Source: a virus. Taken from it: 64,000 nt of DNA. Below are positions 19,451-29,097 of this stretch, piece by piece (the first letter of the stretch is position 1; each line of letters starts with the position of its first letter). A program made the translations under genes and the position numbers. The stretch is from IMG/VR virus record IMGVR_UViG_3300025131_000006; one strand, 5' to 3'. A model generated the notes under the pieces. That model was given only the letters and a program-made list of their open reading frames with translations, ran no database searches and was not told the DNA's origin.

Positions 19451-20749
19451 ATGCAATTGACGAAAGCGGAAGTCCGAGATCATCTCGACGAAATCGAGAC
19501 GATTTTGAGTAAGGCTCAGATCGTGGGCGGCAGCGGCTCTCGCGAGAGTGTCGATCGCAAGGGATGGGCAGGTTCTTCGTGGGAGGGGGAGGAAGCTCCT
19601 CAGTCTACGCCGAACGGAACCGACTACGTGCCCAAACGTAAACCCAAACGCCGTGTGGTGAAAAGCTCTTTGCGTGAGGTCAGCGTCGATGCGTTGGAGC
19701 GCGAGTTGGAGTTCCGCAAGAGCGGTATCCCCAACCCGGTTGCCGCCGAAGCTGAGATCATGCAAACCGTTCCGGGTGTGGAGAAGGGCATCTGCCCCGA
19801 TTGCGAAGGCAACTCCATGCAAAAAGGAACGTGGTGTGGTCAGTGCCGCAACTTCGGATTTGTTTTCCTCGTGGACGAGGCCAATGAGGCGGAAGCCAAT
19901 TCCATGATCAAATCGATCCAAGCGAAGTATCGCGTCGATGAGATCACGGAAGCGTTCTACAAATCGCAGCGTGCCAAGCACGGCGAGAACGTTGTCGATG
20001 CCGACGAAGACGCCACGACGACTCCTCCTCAAAATCGCGGTGCCCCGGTTTTCTGCGAAGAGGACCGCAAGGGCAAGAAGGCTCGGAAGAGCCAACAACT
20101 CCGAGGCGAGTTGGCTAAGGCCGCCGAAGAGTTGGAAGGTCTCCCCGACCTGGAAGAGGATGAGCGAGACGAAGAACGAGACGAAGAGCGAGACGAGAAA
20201 GATGAAGAGGGCCTGGACGCTCTCCTTATGGGCAAGTCGCTCACCGCTCTCCGACGCTCTCAGCAAGTCGTTCTGAAGTCCCTGGCCGCGCTCCTCGAAC
20301 AACAAGGTGCTCTCCTGACGACGCAATCCCTGCAAGCGGGGATGATCGCTGACCAAGGAACTGCCTTGGTCGAGTTGGGCGAAGACCTGGATCTCGTGAT
20401 GCACAAGAGTGAGTCGGTGGCCAAGAGTCTGGAGGCTGCTACAGCACCCTCCAACCAAGACACCAACGATCGCGCTCCCTCGCGAGGTCGTCGCTCCCAA
20501 AGCCAACAAGTCCAAGTGATCCAGAAGGGTTTCGTGGACCAGGCTCCTGCGAACGACAGCACACAACGATACGATTTCGGAGACATCCAAAAGGCTGCCG
20601 CCGAGATGACGATCCTGAAAGGAGCGAACGACCAACCTCTGTTGGCCCGCCGCACCGCGATTGCGATTAACTCCGGCTATCTGCCGGAAGACGCCGTGCT
20701 CGCCAAGATCGAAACATGGCTGGACGCAAACGGCGTCCCGCAGTCGTAA
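19451..20749 (+). CDS. putative capsid scaffold protein
   Basis: Between protease and MCP; acidic and helical; many hydrophobic-x-K|S/A/G sites; CPDC..CGQC zinc knuckle. Confidence 0.65.
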   Translation: MQLTKAEVRDHLDEIETILSKAQIVGGSGSRESVDRKGWAGSSWEGEEAPQSTPNGTDYVPKRKPKRRVVKSSLREVSVDALERELEFRKSGIPNPVAAEAEIMQTVPGVEKGICPDCEGNSMQKGTWCGQCRNFGFVFLVDEANEAEANSMIKSIQAKYRVDEITEAFYKSQRAKHGENVVDADEDATTTPPQNRGAPVFCEEDRKGKKARKSQQLRGELAKAAEELEGLPDLEEDERDEERDEERDEKDEEGLDALLMGKSLTALRRSQQVVLKSLAALLEQQGALLTTQSLQAGMIADQGTALVELGEDLDLVMHKSESVAKSLEAATAPSNQDTNDRAPSRGRRSQSQQVQVIQKGFVDQAPANDSTQRYDFGDIQKAAAEMTILKGANDQPLLARRTAIAINSGYLPEDAVLAKIETWLDANGVPQS

Positions 20750-20855
20750 TTTCACAGTAATTCACATACTGGGAGGATAGTTCCTCCCAGTTCCCCTCTG
20801 GGAATCGCCTCTTGGGGGTATCCCCAGAAACATAGGTCACATAGGAGAGTTACCC

Positions 20856-22337
20856 ATGAGCATGGTCGGCCTGCGGCATTATGAAGGTCTGGGGATTGAC
20901 GGCTTTGGCTTGGGTTCCATTCAAAAGGTTCAGCAACTGAACAAGGCGTTGGAGGCTGGTTATGAAACCAACCCCGCGCTGATGTCCGGTGGCGCCGCCC
21001 ACAAGGTGGAATCTTTGGAAGGAAACCTCAAGATCCTCACACACACCGATCGCCATTTGGTCTTTTGGAGAGACATCTTTAAGAGCCCGGCATACTCCAC
21101 CTCGGAAGAGTACGGAGTGCAAGAGTCCTACGGTGATAACGGCTACGGCGCCTTCTACAAGGAAGGCGAATTGCCCTTGGAAAATGACAGCGTCTACCGT
21201 CGGAAGACGGCGCTCGTCAAGTACATGGGCACCGTCCGTAAAATTTCACACCCTGCGACTCTGATCCACCCGGCCTTTGGCGACTTGATCGCCAAAGAGA
21301 ACGAGAGTGGCATCATGTGGCTGTTGCGCCAAGTGGAGGAGTATCTCTTCCGTGGCAACAGTCGCCTCGTCTTCCAAGGCGAAGGCGAGCAGTTCGATGG
21401 ACTGCGCCACCTGATCGATCCCACGATGGTGCTGGATCTGGAAGGCAACGCCCTCCAAGAGGCGGACTTCGAGGAGTCCTCCAACCTGTTGGCATCGGCA
21501 GGTTTCGCGTATCCTACGGATGCGTACCTCGGATACTACCCCCTGAGCGATCTCGTGAAGACGATGTATCCCCGTCATCGCGTCTCCCTCCCTGCTCCTA
21601 CCGATGGTCGTATCGGCCAAGCGGTCAACGAAATCACCACCCAAGCTGGTATCATCAATCTGAAAGCCACGCGCTTTCTGGAGCGACCCGATACGGCTCC
21701 CACGGTGGCGAGTGGTCCTGCGACTCACGTCCCGACTCCTCCCAAGCGCATGTTGGCCCCGACGATCGGTGCCACGGCGACGACCGGCGAGTTCGACAAG
21801 AGCCAAGGCAAGTTGGACGCCAAGTACGCATACGTGGCTTCCTTCGCGAACCGCTTCGGTGAGTCCGCTGCGACGGCTCCGGTTGTCAGCCCCACGATGG
21901 TGGGTGCCGATGCGATCAAGGGGCGCGACATCGTGCTCCAGGTCGAAGGTGCCGATAACACCCAGATCCCCCCCGAATATATCCGTATCTATCGGACGGC
22001 GGCTCTGGATGTCAACGACGCGACTCCGACGGACATGGCAGCGTACTCGCTGGTCATGGAGATCCCGGTCGAGTCTCAGTCGAACAACGGCATCACCCCG
22101 CAAGTGGCTGGCACGCTGACCGACAAAAACATCACGATGCCCTTCATGGAAGAACTGTACCTCGGCGAGATGACTCCCGAAGTCCTGACCTTCCGCCAAC
22201 TGGCCCCGCTGATGAAGATGGAACTCGCGGTCAACGGCCCCGCCTACACCTGGATGATCATGCTGTACGGCGTGCCCATCTTGTACGGACCCAAAAAGTG
22301 GATGCGCATCACGAACATCGGTCGTCTCGGTCTCTAG
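20856..22337 (+). CDS. major capsid protein (Twort/SPO1-like)
   Basis: LNK|ALEAGY, ESLEGNLKILT, VKYMGT, YLFRGNS..EGEQFDGL..LID, QLAPLMKMELA..MLYG motifs. Confidence 0.93.
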   Translation: MSMVGLRHYEGLGIDGFGLGSIQKVQQLNKALEAGYETNPALMSGGAAHKVESLEGNLKILTHTDRHLVFWRDIFKSPAYSTSEEYGVQESYGDNGYGAFYKEGELPLENDSVYRRKTALVKYMGTVRKISHPATLIHPAFGDLIAKENESGIMWLLRQVEEYLFRGNSRLVFQGEGEQFDGLRHLIDPTMVLDLEGNALQEADFEESSNLLASAGFAYPTDAYLGYYPLSDLVKTMYPRHRVSLPAPTDGRIGQAVNEITTQAGIINLKATRFLERPDTAPTVASGPATHVPTPPKRMLAPTIGATATTGEFDKSQGKLDAKYAYVASFANRFGESAATAPVVSPTMVGADAIKGRDIVLQVEGADNTQIPPEYIRIYRTAALDVNDATPTDMAAYSLVMEIPVESQSNNGITPQVAGTLTDKNITMPFMEELYLGEMTPEVLTFRQLAPLMKMELAVNGPAYTWMIMLYGVPILYGPKKWMRITNIGRLGL

Positions 22338-22389
22338 AAAGACCTGCGGCGCCTGTTCCGATGAGAGTTCGCGGCGTTGGGGTGGTCTT

Positions 22390-22404
22390 GTTCAGTAACT
22401 GAAC
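22390..22404. repeat. 15-bp palindrome site 8
   Basis: GTTCAGTAACTGAAC, after MCP. Confidence 0.9.
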
Positions 22405-22454
22405 TTTTTTAGCCTGACCGGGCCACCCTTTGCATTCGGGGCAACCCGCACAGT

Positions 22455-22480
22455 GCCGCGTCCAGAAGGCGCGGCTTTTG
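22455..22480 (+). terminator. intrinsic terminator after MCP
   Basis: GCCGCG..CGCGGC stem followed by TTTT. Confidence 0.55.
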
Positions 22481-22531
22481 TGTATGGGGTCCGTGATTTT
22501 GAATTTCAAAAGAAAACAGGAGGCATGAAAA

Positions 22532-23134
22532 ATGCCCAGACCACGAAATGTCCAGGGTGCGGCCAAGAAGGTTCGGTTGATCGACGACTTGGGAAGCGCC
22601 GTTGTCCACGAGGTGGTGGAGCAGTTGAACCAGAGCGAGATCTCTGTTTCGATCACACTGAGCGCTCCCCAAGGCCAGGTCTCTCGCGGTGTGTTGGGGC
22701 GTTGGCGCCACGACGCATTCGTGAAGGACATCTCTGTCACGAACGCACAGACCGACGACTTCAGCGGTGCCGCGACGGAGATCGCTCTCCGGCATGTCGC
22801 GCCGACCGACGCCGACTTGGCGGGTGCTCCCGCGAATGCGACCACGCTTTTGGCGTTGTCGGGCTTCAACGGGAATGTCTTCGCAGGCCCCAATTCCCTT
22901 TGGGAGGAGGAGTTTGTCGCGGGCACGAACGTCACGGCGCGAACGGGCGGTTCTTCCAAGAAGGTCAAGGCGGGCGATCTGCTCTATGCTGAGTTCTCCA
23001 ATGGAGAGCTTGGACCTCGCGTTGTCGAGGTCACCTTGACGTTGGCTCTCATCGATGAGTTGGCTTTGCAGCCCAATGGAATGGGGAACAAGTGGCACCA
23101 GCGCGTACGTGGCCTTGGCCGCTCCAACCGCTAG
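22532..23134 (+). CDS. putative capsid decoration protein
   Basis: Directly after MCP; beta-rich composition. Confidence 0.5.
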   Translation: MPRPRNVQGAAKKVRLIDDLGSAVVHEVVEQLNQSEISVSITLSAPQGQVSRGVLGRWRHDAFVKDISVTNAQTDDFSGAATEIALRHVAPTDADLAGAPANATTLLALSGFNGNVFAGPNSLWEEEFVAGTNVTARTGGSSKKVKAGDLLYAEFSNGELGPRVVEVTLTLALIDELALQPNGMGNKWHQRVRGLGRSNR

Positions 23135-23198
23135 GTTCTTGCTCTCTACCTTTCACTAGACAGATAATCGGCCCACGCGGGTCAAGGAGATTGGGATA

Positions 23199-24104
23199 AT
23201 GGTTGGTTTCCCTTACCCCGGAGTGGGGCAGGAAGCGATTTCGGCGCTGGATACGCGACTGGAGGCGGCTCGCCTGGCTCCGATCGCGGACATTGCTGGA
23301 ACATACAACGCGACAGCAAAAACGATCACGGCGGCCGGGAACGGAGCCCTTGCTGCTCAAGACGGCGTCGCGGTTGTGAAAGATGACCGATTGGCTCTGA
23401 TGAACCAAGCGACGGCGACGTTGAACGGTGTTTGGGTGGCGACGGACTTGGGTTCGGCGACGTCCAAATATGTTCTCACTCGTGCGGCGGACTTCGACAC
23501 GACTGCTGAGATCGTGAACGGTCTTCAGATCGAGGTCGAGGAAGGCACCGTCAATGGCGGGAAGATCTTCGAGGTCACGGCAGCGACGATCATCCTGGAC
23601 ACCGACGACCCACTCTTTGTTGAGGTCATGCCGAAGTCCAGCCTTGCTACGTTGGTTGACTCGTCGGTCTATGCAGCAACGTCGGATGGCGCGTTTGATA
23701 CGACGCTGACGATCCCTGGGAATGTTTTGTCCCAAGGTTCATATGTGAAGTGTCGCGCTGTGGTTCGTCGGACGATCGAAGACCAACTGGCTCACACCAT
23801 GACTTTGAAGGGTCTGGTTGGACAGAGCGAGTGTGTTGTGTCTGCGCCCATCTCGGTTCCGAATCTGGAGACGGTTGTTCTGGAGTTCTGGTTGCTCGTT
23901 CGCGGCGCAATTGGTGCGACGGCGGCTGTCGTCGGCGGTGGAACGGTCAACGCGGCTTTTGCTGGACTGACATTGGCTGTCACATTGCCCTCGGGCCAGA
24001 CTGCTGACACCACGGGTCCGCTGACGATCGGCGTCAACTGCCAATGGAGTGACGCTGCGAACGGCGCCACTCTGGAGTTGCTGATCGCCGAGATCATCAA
24101 GTAG
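23199..24104 (+). CDS. putative head fibre/decoration protein
   Basis: DDRLALMNQATATLNGVW..LTRAADFD resembles a motif common in large-phage fibre proteins. Confidence 0.55.
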   Translation: MVGFPYPGVGQEAISALDTRLEAARLAPIADIAGTYNATAKTITAAGNGALAAQDGVAVVKDDRLALMNQATATLNGVWVATDLGSATSKYVLTRAADFDTTAEIVNGLQIEVEEGTVNGGKIFEVTAATIILDTDDPLFVEVMPKSSLATLVDSSVYAATSDGAFDTTLTIPGNVLSQGSYVKCRAVVRRTIEDQLAHTMTLKGLVGQSECVVSAPISVPNLETVVLEFWLLVRGAIGATAAVVGGGTVNAAFAGLTLAVTLPSGQTADTTGPLTIGVNCQWSDAANGATLELLIAEIIK

Positions 24105-24252
24105 GTCCGCTCATACAACGGCTAGAAGGGTTCGCCCTTCCCCGACTCTTCGTCAGCTTGCCTGTATTGGCTCGCCACTGGACCCCCAGGCGAAGGGTGC
24201 AAGGCCCCGATCAGTACTGCCCGTCTGATTCGGGGTTTTGCGTATATGGAGT

Positions 24253-24267
24253 GTTCAGTGACTAAAC
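24253..24267. repeat. 15-bp palindrome site 9
   Basis: GTTCAGTGACTAAAC, intergenic. Confidence 0.9.
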
Positions 24268-24294
24268 AAGTGCGTGTGCGGTGCGGAGGCAATC

Positions 24295-26934
24295 ATGGGT
24301 TGGCGTCCTAAGTTTTCAGAGTTGGCTTTATATAAAGCAGGCGATGGGGATGGAGAGGCATTTAGCTTGGAGGCTCCGTCGCCGGAGGCCAAGCCGAGCG
24401 AGGCACAGCAGCCAGCCAGGCCGCCGACGTCGAAGTTGGCGAACCGCGAGACGCAACCAAGCACAGAGACGGTGGCCCCGCACGAGAACGCATCCAGCCC
24501 GCAGAGCAATTCGCTGTTGCAAGATTATCGGAGGCAGTGGCAAGAGATGGGTTTGGGGCGCCAGACCATCAGCCGTTTGCGCTTCGACGGCATCGAGCAG
24601 ACAAGCCAGGGGGGAGACCCGTCCGAGGTGTGGGCTGATATTCATCGCCGAGCGGAGGGGATGGCCCACGATTACCAGATCCACGATATTGCTTCGAAGC
24701 ATGATTTGGAGATGGAGCACCGCGATCATTTACTCCAGATCGACAGTTCGTTGGAGGGTGCGGGGAAGAATCGGGCCGAGCGTATCCGAGAGTTGCGCTC
24801 TATGGCGGAGGGGATGGCTCAACTACGAGACGGAACAGCGGGTGTCGCGGATTGGGCAAGTGAGTATTTCTCTGGCTCTGAAGATATAGACGTGGATGAG
24901 TTGGACGACGGTCAGTTGGATGTCTTGCGCGGCGAGATGATCGCGATGTCTCGCGGGTACGGTCCAGATTCGGTTCGGATGCTGTTGGAGCAGATGGCGG
25001 AAAGGATGCTCGACAAGAATCGTCATGGGGGAGAGGACGACGAGGATGCAACGGGGTGGGGGAGTGATGGTGATGACGACGAGGAAAAGGTGGACCGGGA
25101 GGAGGCATTACGCCAGAGGTATCCCGACTTGAACCATGCTCAGATGGAACAGTTGCTGTTTATGGAGTTCTCAAGAGAGAGAGATGGGAGCCCGATCGCG
25201 GACAGAGATGCCTTTTTGCAAAACATAGCGGGTACATACAGAAGGTTCAACGAGAGGCAGTCGTGGACACCGACGGAGCGCGGTGAGAGAATTATCTCGG
25301 ATATGATGTCGGAGCATAAGTTCTTGGGAGAGGAGGATGCTCGACGGCTGGCATTGTGGGATGAGAGGTCTAAGCAAGCGGGTCGTTCGGAGCCTTGGCG
25401 GGATAGCCAGATTGCCTCGCGAGCCGAGAAGTTGCACCTTCGGAGTTTTGGTGAAGAGGTTGGGATTGGGGAGGAGGATTTGACTCCCTATGAGTTAGAG
25501 GAGTTGTTTGACGAGTGGGAATTTGTTATTGGGGAAGGGCTTTCGCGAGAGGCAGCGGGACAGCAGGTACGAGAGAGCTTGGAAGCGATTCTTCCTCCGG
25601 AGAGACCGTCTTTTTCAGAGACTCAAGAAGATTGGAGGGATGGGACGGCGGACAGTCGAAGTCGCTTGGGGGCTCCGAATATTCCGCACCATGCTGTGCG
25701 TGAGTACGCCGACAGAGATCATTCGTGGATGCATCCGTTGTTGGTAGATGCGAATAATCCGAGGGATGCGATCAGGCAGTTGGTGCAGAATCCTGTGTTT
25801 GCCAGTCTGGCGACAGTTGGTGGGTTAGAGGCACAGTTGGAGGAGCGCTTTGAGTATGGTTCGTTTCATGCGGAAGGACGCCTCACGTTGGGGGGGAGGA
25901 GTGCAGGAACGATAACACGAGAGATCACGGATGCCGGAGGATATTTGGTTCTGGGAAATGAACTGTTGAAGGTGGAGCCTATTGCCAGGGGGCGGGATTA
26001 TTCGTTGCAGTTTTATGCTCGGCAGGAAGATTTCTTGCGCGGGCTGACGGATCATTGGGATGACGATACCAAGAGGAAGACGAAGGTTTCTATTTCGACG
26101 GCATGGGTCGGCAAGTACCATTGGATGTCGCAAGGGTTCAGGTACTCCTCTCCAGGGGAGAGAAAGGATCATCTTCGAGGAATGATGGTGGCCTTGGATA
26201 GGTTGAGCCGCACGGGTGGGTATCTCGCTACAAGAGATGTGTCTCGTGAAGATGCAGTGAGTGCGGTTGGCCAATCAAAGAGGTTGGGAGATATTGGTTT
26301 TTCGGACAGCGATTTGGCGGGAGTGCGGTCTCAGCTAGAGGAGTGCATCGACACAGAGGCCGAGCCGTGGGACGTCTTAGAGTTGGATGTCGGCCCTGAT
26401 TTCTGGATGGGTGCCAGTGGGTCTGGATCTATTCACACAGCGGTGGCGGGTAATTTGATCAAGCTCTTGGCCTTGGCGGGCCAAGGTTGGTCTGGGGTGA
26501 AGCGGGTGCATGGGATGCGAGAGAAGGATGCGGAGGGTATTGCCTATGCCGACAGGCGTCGGCATGCGGCGGCAGAGCGTGCTCGTGAAGAGGGTCGTTC
26601 TTGGGGGTGGATGGGGCAGCGGGACAAGGCTGAAAAGGGCTTCGTTGTCAAATCAGGACGGGTTCCCGGTTATATGTATCATGATGAGTCTCCTCATAAA
26701 GATAGAGGCTTTCGAGTCCACCAAAGAGAACCGGAGCATATAGATATGAAGAGAAAAGACGATAAGTCCAGGCACAAAGAAGGAAACGACGGTTGGTTTT
26801 GGGAGGACTTGGGCGGCGAGGTAGTCCGGGCCAAAGAGCCAGATGACGGAATCGATCGAATGGTCTCGGATGACGACGCCGCAACAACAGCAGGATTCGG
26901 TGTTGTCAAGAAAGGCGATATGGACATGGACTAG
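24295..26934 (+). CDS. large protein with GNAT-like acetyltransferase domain
   Basis: LKVEPIARGRDYS..YARQE..VGKYHWMSQGF; paralog of 46285-47523; ends AGFGVVKKG. Confidence 0.6.
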   Translation: MGWRPKFSELALYKAGDGDGEAFSLEAPSPEAKPSEAQQPARPPTSKLANRETQPSTETVAPHENASSPQSNSLLQDYRRQWQEMGLGRQTISRLRFDGIEQTSQGGDPSEVWADIHRRAEGMAHDYQIHDIASKHDLEMEHRDHLLQIDSSLEGAGKNRAERIRELRSMAEGMAQLRDGTAGVADWASEYFSGSEDIDVDELDDGQLDVLRGEMIAMSRGYGPDSVRMLLEQMAERMLDKNRHGGEDDEDATGWGSDGDDDEEKVDREEALRQRYPDLNHAQMEQLLFMEFSRERDGSPIADRDAFLQNIAGTYRRFNERQSWTPTERGERIISDMMSEHKFLGEEDARRLALWDERSKQAGRSEPWRDSQIASRAEKLHLRSFGEEVGIGEEDLTPYELEELFDEWEFVIGEGLSREAAGQQVRESLEAILPPERPSFSETQEDWRDGTADSRSRLGAPNIPHHAVREYADRDHSWMHPLLVDANNPRDAIRQLVQNPVFASLATVGGLEAQLEERFEYGSFHAEGRLTLGGRSAGTITREITDAGGYLVLGNELLKVEPIARGRDYSLQFYARQEDFLRGLTDHWDDDTKRKTKVSISTAWVGKYHWMSQGFRYSSPGERKDHLRGMMVALDRLSRTGGYLATRDVSREDAVSAVGQSKRLGDIGFSDSDLAGVRSQLEECIDTEAEPWDVLELDVGPDFWMGASGSGSIHTAVAGNLIKLLALAGQGWSGVKRVHGMREKDAEGIAYADRRRHAAAERAREEGRSWGWMGQRDKAEKGFVVKSGRVPGYMYHDESPHKDRGFRVHQREPEHIDMKRKDDKSRHKEGNDGWFWEDLGGEVVRAKEPDDGIDRMVSDDDAATTAGFGVVKKGDMDMD

Positions 26935-27019
26935 GGGGCACCGGGGGCAGGTCAATTTTTTTTTGCTCCAAGGTGTCCAAACAATGAACCTCTTTGTGTA
27001 TATGTAAGCGTGACAGATC

Positions 27020-27100
27020 GCCAAGGTGGTGGAATGGCAGACACGCCGGATTCAAAATCCGGTGCCTCACGGCGTGAGGGTTCGAATCCCTCTCTTGGCA
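27020..27100 (+). tRNA. tRNA-Leu(CAA)
   Basis: Cloverleaf; CCGGA-TTCAAAA-TCCGG anticodon arm; long variable arm. Confidence 0.92.
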
Positions 27101-27180
27101 TAGTCAACACTCGACATTCTCGTGGAACGGGACTGTCCACAGACGGAGTGTCGAGTGTTTCTACTTAGTGTTTCTATTTA

Positions 27181-27253
27181 GGGTGTGTAGCTGAATGGGT
27201 TAGCGGGAGTCTTTAAAACTCTGTCCAAGTGGGTTCAATTCCCACCATGCCCG
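27181..27253 (+). tRNA. suppressor tRNA, anticodon TTA (reads UAA)
   Basis: GGGTGTG/CATGCCC acceptor, GGAGT-CTTTAAA-ACTCT anticodon arm, GTGGG-TTCAATT-CCCAC T arm. Confidence 0.8.
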
Positions 27254-27266
27254 TGAGAGCAATTAT

Positions 27267-27575
27267 GTGGAAGTTATGGCAAAAAACGCAGACGAGTTGA
27301 GTCAAGCTGAAAAGGATCATTTTTACGAATTCTTAGTTGCCCATACGGGTGACTTTCTATGCTCTTGTTGTGGCCGAGATAAATGGCAAATTATGCCTGT
27401 CCGAGCACATCTACCGTCTTTGAATTTCAGGGATGGTGTCGGAACACATATGGTCCCTGTATATATGGTTTATTGTTCGAACTGTGCCAAGTTCGAGACT
27501 TTTCACGCAGCGGTTGTGCGAGAGTGGGAAAGCCAGCTTCCTCCACCAGCAGAGACATCGAACTTGGACGTCTAG
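27267..27575 (+). CDS. small zinc-ribbon protein
   Basis: CSCCG...CSNC pairs. Confidence 0.6.
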   Translation: MEVMAKNADELSQAEKDHFYEFLVAHTGDFLCSCCGRDKWQIMPVRAHLPSLNFRDGVGTHMVPVYMVYCSNCAKFETFHAAVVREWESQLPPPAETSNLDV

Positions 27576-27627
27576 CGAACGTTTGTGTTAGTGTTGATCT
27601 TTCAAAATAGAATAGAAAACATCTGAT

Positions 27628-27725
27628 GGATGGGTAGCTTATTTGGATAAAGCACTCTGTTTCTTTCAAACCGCCCGTTTCAAGGCCACAGAGAGATGTA
27701 GGTTCGACTCCTGCCCCATTCACCA
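27628..27725 (+). ncRNA. tRNA-like RNA with 29-nt anticodon loop
   Basis: GGATGGG/CCCATTC acceptor + ACCA; normal D and T arms; CTCTG/CAGAG stem encloses 29 nt. Confidence 0.7.
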
Positions 27726-27735
27726 TTTTATTTTT

Positions 27736-28083
27736 GAGTTTTGCGCTGTGGTTGGAAGACACAGCGGCTTCGCGGGATCGTAATGTTCGCGGGGTCGATA
27801 GAATCGAGGTCGTAAGCTCGATAGATTGGGTGGAGCCGAAAGGTCGTAATTCGTTTAGTTCCGTGGGGAGATGCCGCTCTTTAGAAAATTTACCCTTGGG
27901 AGGGTCATTTTCGAGAGGGACGCATGTTAAGCACCGTTCGCAAACGTAGAGCTTCGGCGATGAGCGAGAACGACTCGCCTCCAACGAGATTGTGGATCTC
28001 TCACGGGTGACCGCGAGAACCAAGTAAGAGCAATCGAGTTGGTTTCAATCTAGGATTGTGGGTTCGAACCCCACCAAAACTCA
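27736..28083 (+). ncRNA. ~350-nt structured RNA with tRNA-like termini
   Basis: GAGTTTTG/CAAAACTC 8-bp stem stacked on GTGGG-TTCGAAC-CCCAC T arm; internal hairpins. Confidence 0.6.
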
Positions 28084-28314
28084 CTGTTTATCAAGTCGTG
28101 CCCTTAAGTGTTGGTGCAGACCGGAGCAAAATGGGAAAAGACTCCGTGCCCTTGAACAATATGCCCTTATTGGGGGTGCGGTGGGGCCTTTTCGAGAGAG
28201 AGGGTTCTTCCGTGCACATGGCCATGGCAGCTTGGCGGGAAACCGAACAAGTGTCTCATATTGTGGGGTGTTCCTAGAAACCGAAACACTCACGTACCTT
28301 GAAAGAGGTGCACC

Positions 28315-28382
28315 GGGATCATAGATCGGGAGATCGCTCGCAGATACGGCGGGAGGTGCAGGTTCGACTCCTGCTGGTTCCA
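28315..28382 (+). ncRNA. tRNA-like RNA with non-canonical anticodon loop
   Basis: GGGATCA/TGGTTCC acceptor, short D arm, CTCGC-AGATACG-GCGGG (no U33), GCAGG-TTCGACT-CCTGC. Confidence 0.6.
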
Positions 28383-28437
28383 CCCTTCTTGGTGCTTTTA
28401 CTCCTCCTGTTCCTGGGGTGATAACATCGAGAAGCTT

Positions 28438-28508
28438 GCTGCATTCGTCTAGTGGTAAGACGCCACCCTGTCACGGTGGAATCAGGAGTTCGATTCTCCT
28501 ATGTGGCG
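28438..28508 (+). tRNA. tRNA-Asp(GTC)
   Basis: CCACC-CTGTCAC-GGTGG anticodon arm; cloverleaf. Confidence 0.9.
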
Positions 28509-28513
28509 TGATT

Positions 28514-28586
28514 GCCAACGTAGCTCACTTGGTAGAGCAGTTGATTCGTAATCAACAGGTACGCGGTTCGATCCCGCGCGTTGGCT
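28514..28586 (+). tRNA. tRNA-Thr(CGT)
   Basis: GTTGA-TTCGTAA-TCAAC anticodon arm; cloverleaf. Confidence 0.92.
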
Positions 28587-28676
28587 CTTTTCTTTCTCGC
28601 ACTGTCGGGTCTGCTGGTGGTTTGTAGGTTATTTCGTCAGTGTCTTCTCGTCTGGTGTGGGAAAGAAATCTTTATG

Positions 28677-28691
28677 GTTCAGTCACTGAAC
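28677..28691. repeat. 15-bp palindrome site 10
   Basis: GTTCAGTCACTGAAC, in tRNA cluster. Confidence 0.9.
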
Positions 28692-28696
28692 TTTTT

Positions 28697-28770
28697 GGCT
28701 CCATCGTCTAACTGGCCAGGATACCGGGCTTTCATCTCGGAAATCATGGGTTCGAGACCCTGTGGAGTCG
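28697..28770 (+). tRNA. tRNA-Glu(TTC)
   Basis: CCGGG-CTTTCAT-CTCGG anticodon arm; imperfect T stem. Confidence 0.8.
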
Positions 28771-28878
28771 CTGTTCGGGAGACCGCAAGGTGCGGTAGGG
28801 AGAACAGAAAGCTTGTCTTTCACAATTACAGTTGTCCACTATTCCTGTGGGAGGGTTCCCCGCCTCTCGAATAATTTT

Positions 28879-29064
28879 GCAGAGTTATCCAAATTGGAAA
28901 AGGGAATCCCTGAACAGGGATGGTTCATCGAAGAGATCGCTGATCGACGTGCCTCACTATGGGACAAAAGCGTTGTATTCGACGCATACAAACGGCAGCG
29001 AAATACCGGGGCAATCGTGGACGCACGAGATTGAGCTTTGGGGGTTCGAATCCCTCACTCTGCA
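28879..29064 (+). ncRNA. tRNA(Leu)-like shell with ~100-nt insertion at the anticodon arm
   Basis: GCAGAGT/ACTCTGC-A acceptor, Leu-type D loop, GGGGG-TTCGAAT-CCCTC T arm; 186 nt total. Confidence 0.65.
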
Positions 29065-29097
29065 TTCTGCATTCCCAAGAGATAGGAGATCCAGGAT

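Noticed and set aside
19394-22199. Long minus-strand ORFs opposite scaffold and MCP
   Set aside because: Shadows expected from biased codon usage on the + strand.
27661-27690. UCA (opal/Sec) anticodon within the expanded loop
   Set aside because: TTTCAA occurs twice, but neither copy sits in a 7-nt loop closed by a proper stem.
27960-28045. Group I intron core in the 350-nt RNA
   Set aside because: GACTCG/CGAGTT only loosely resembles P7 and the canonical J8/7 is missing; cannot be supported by eye.
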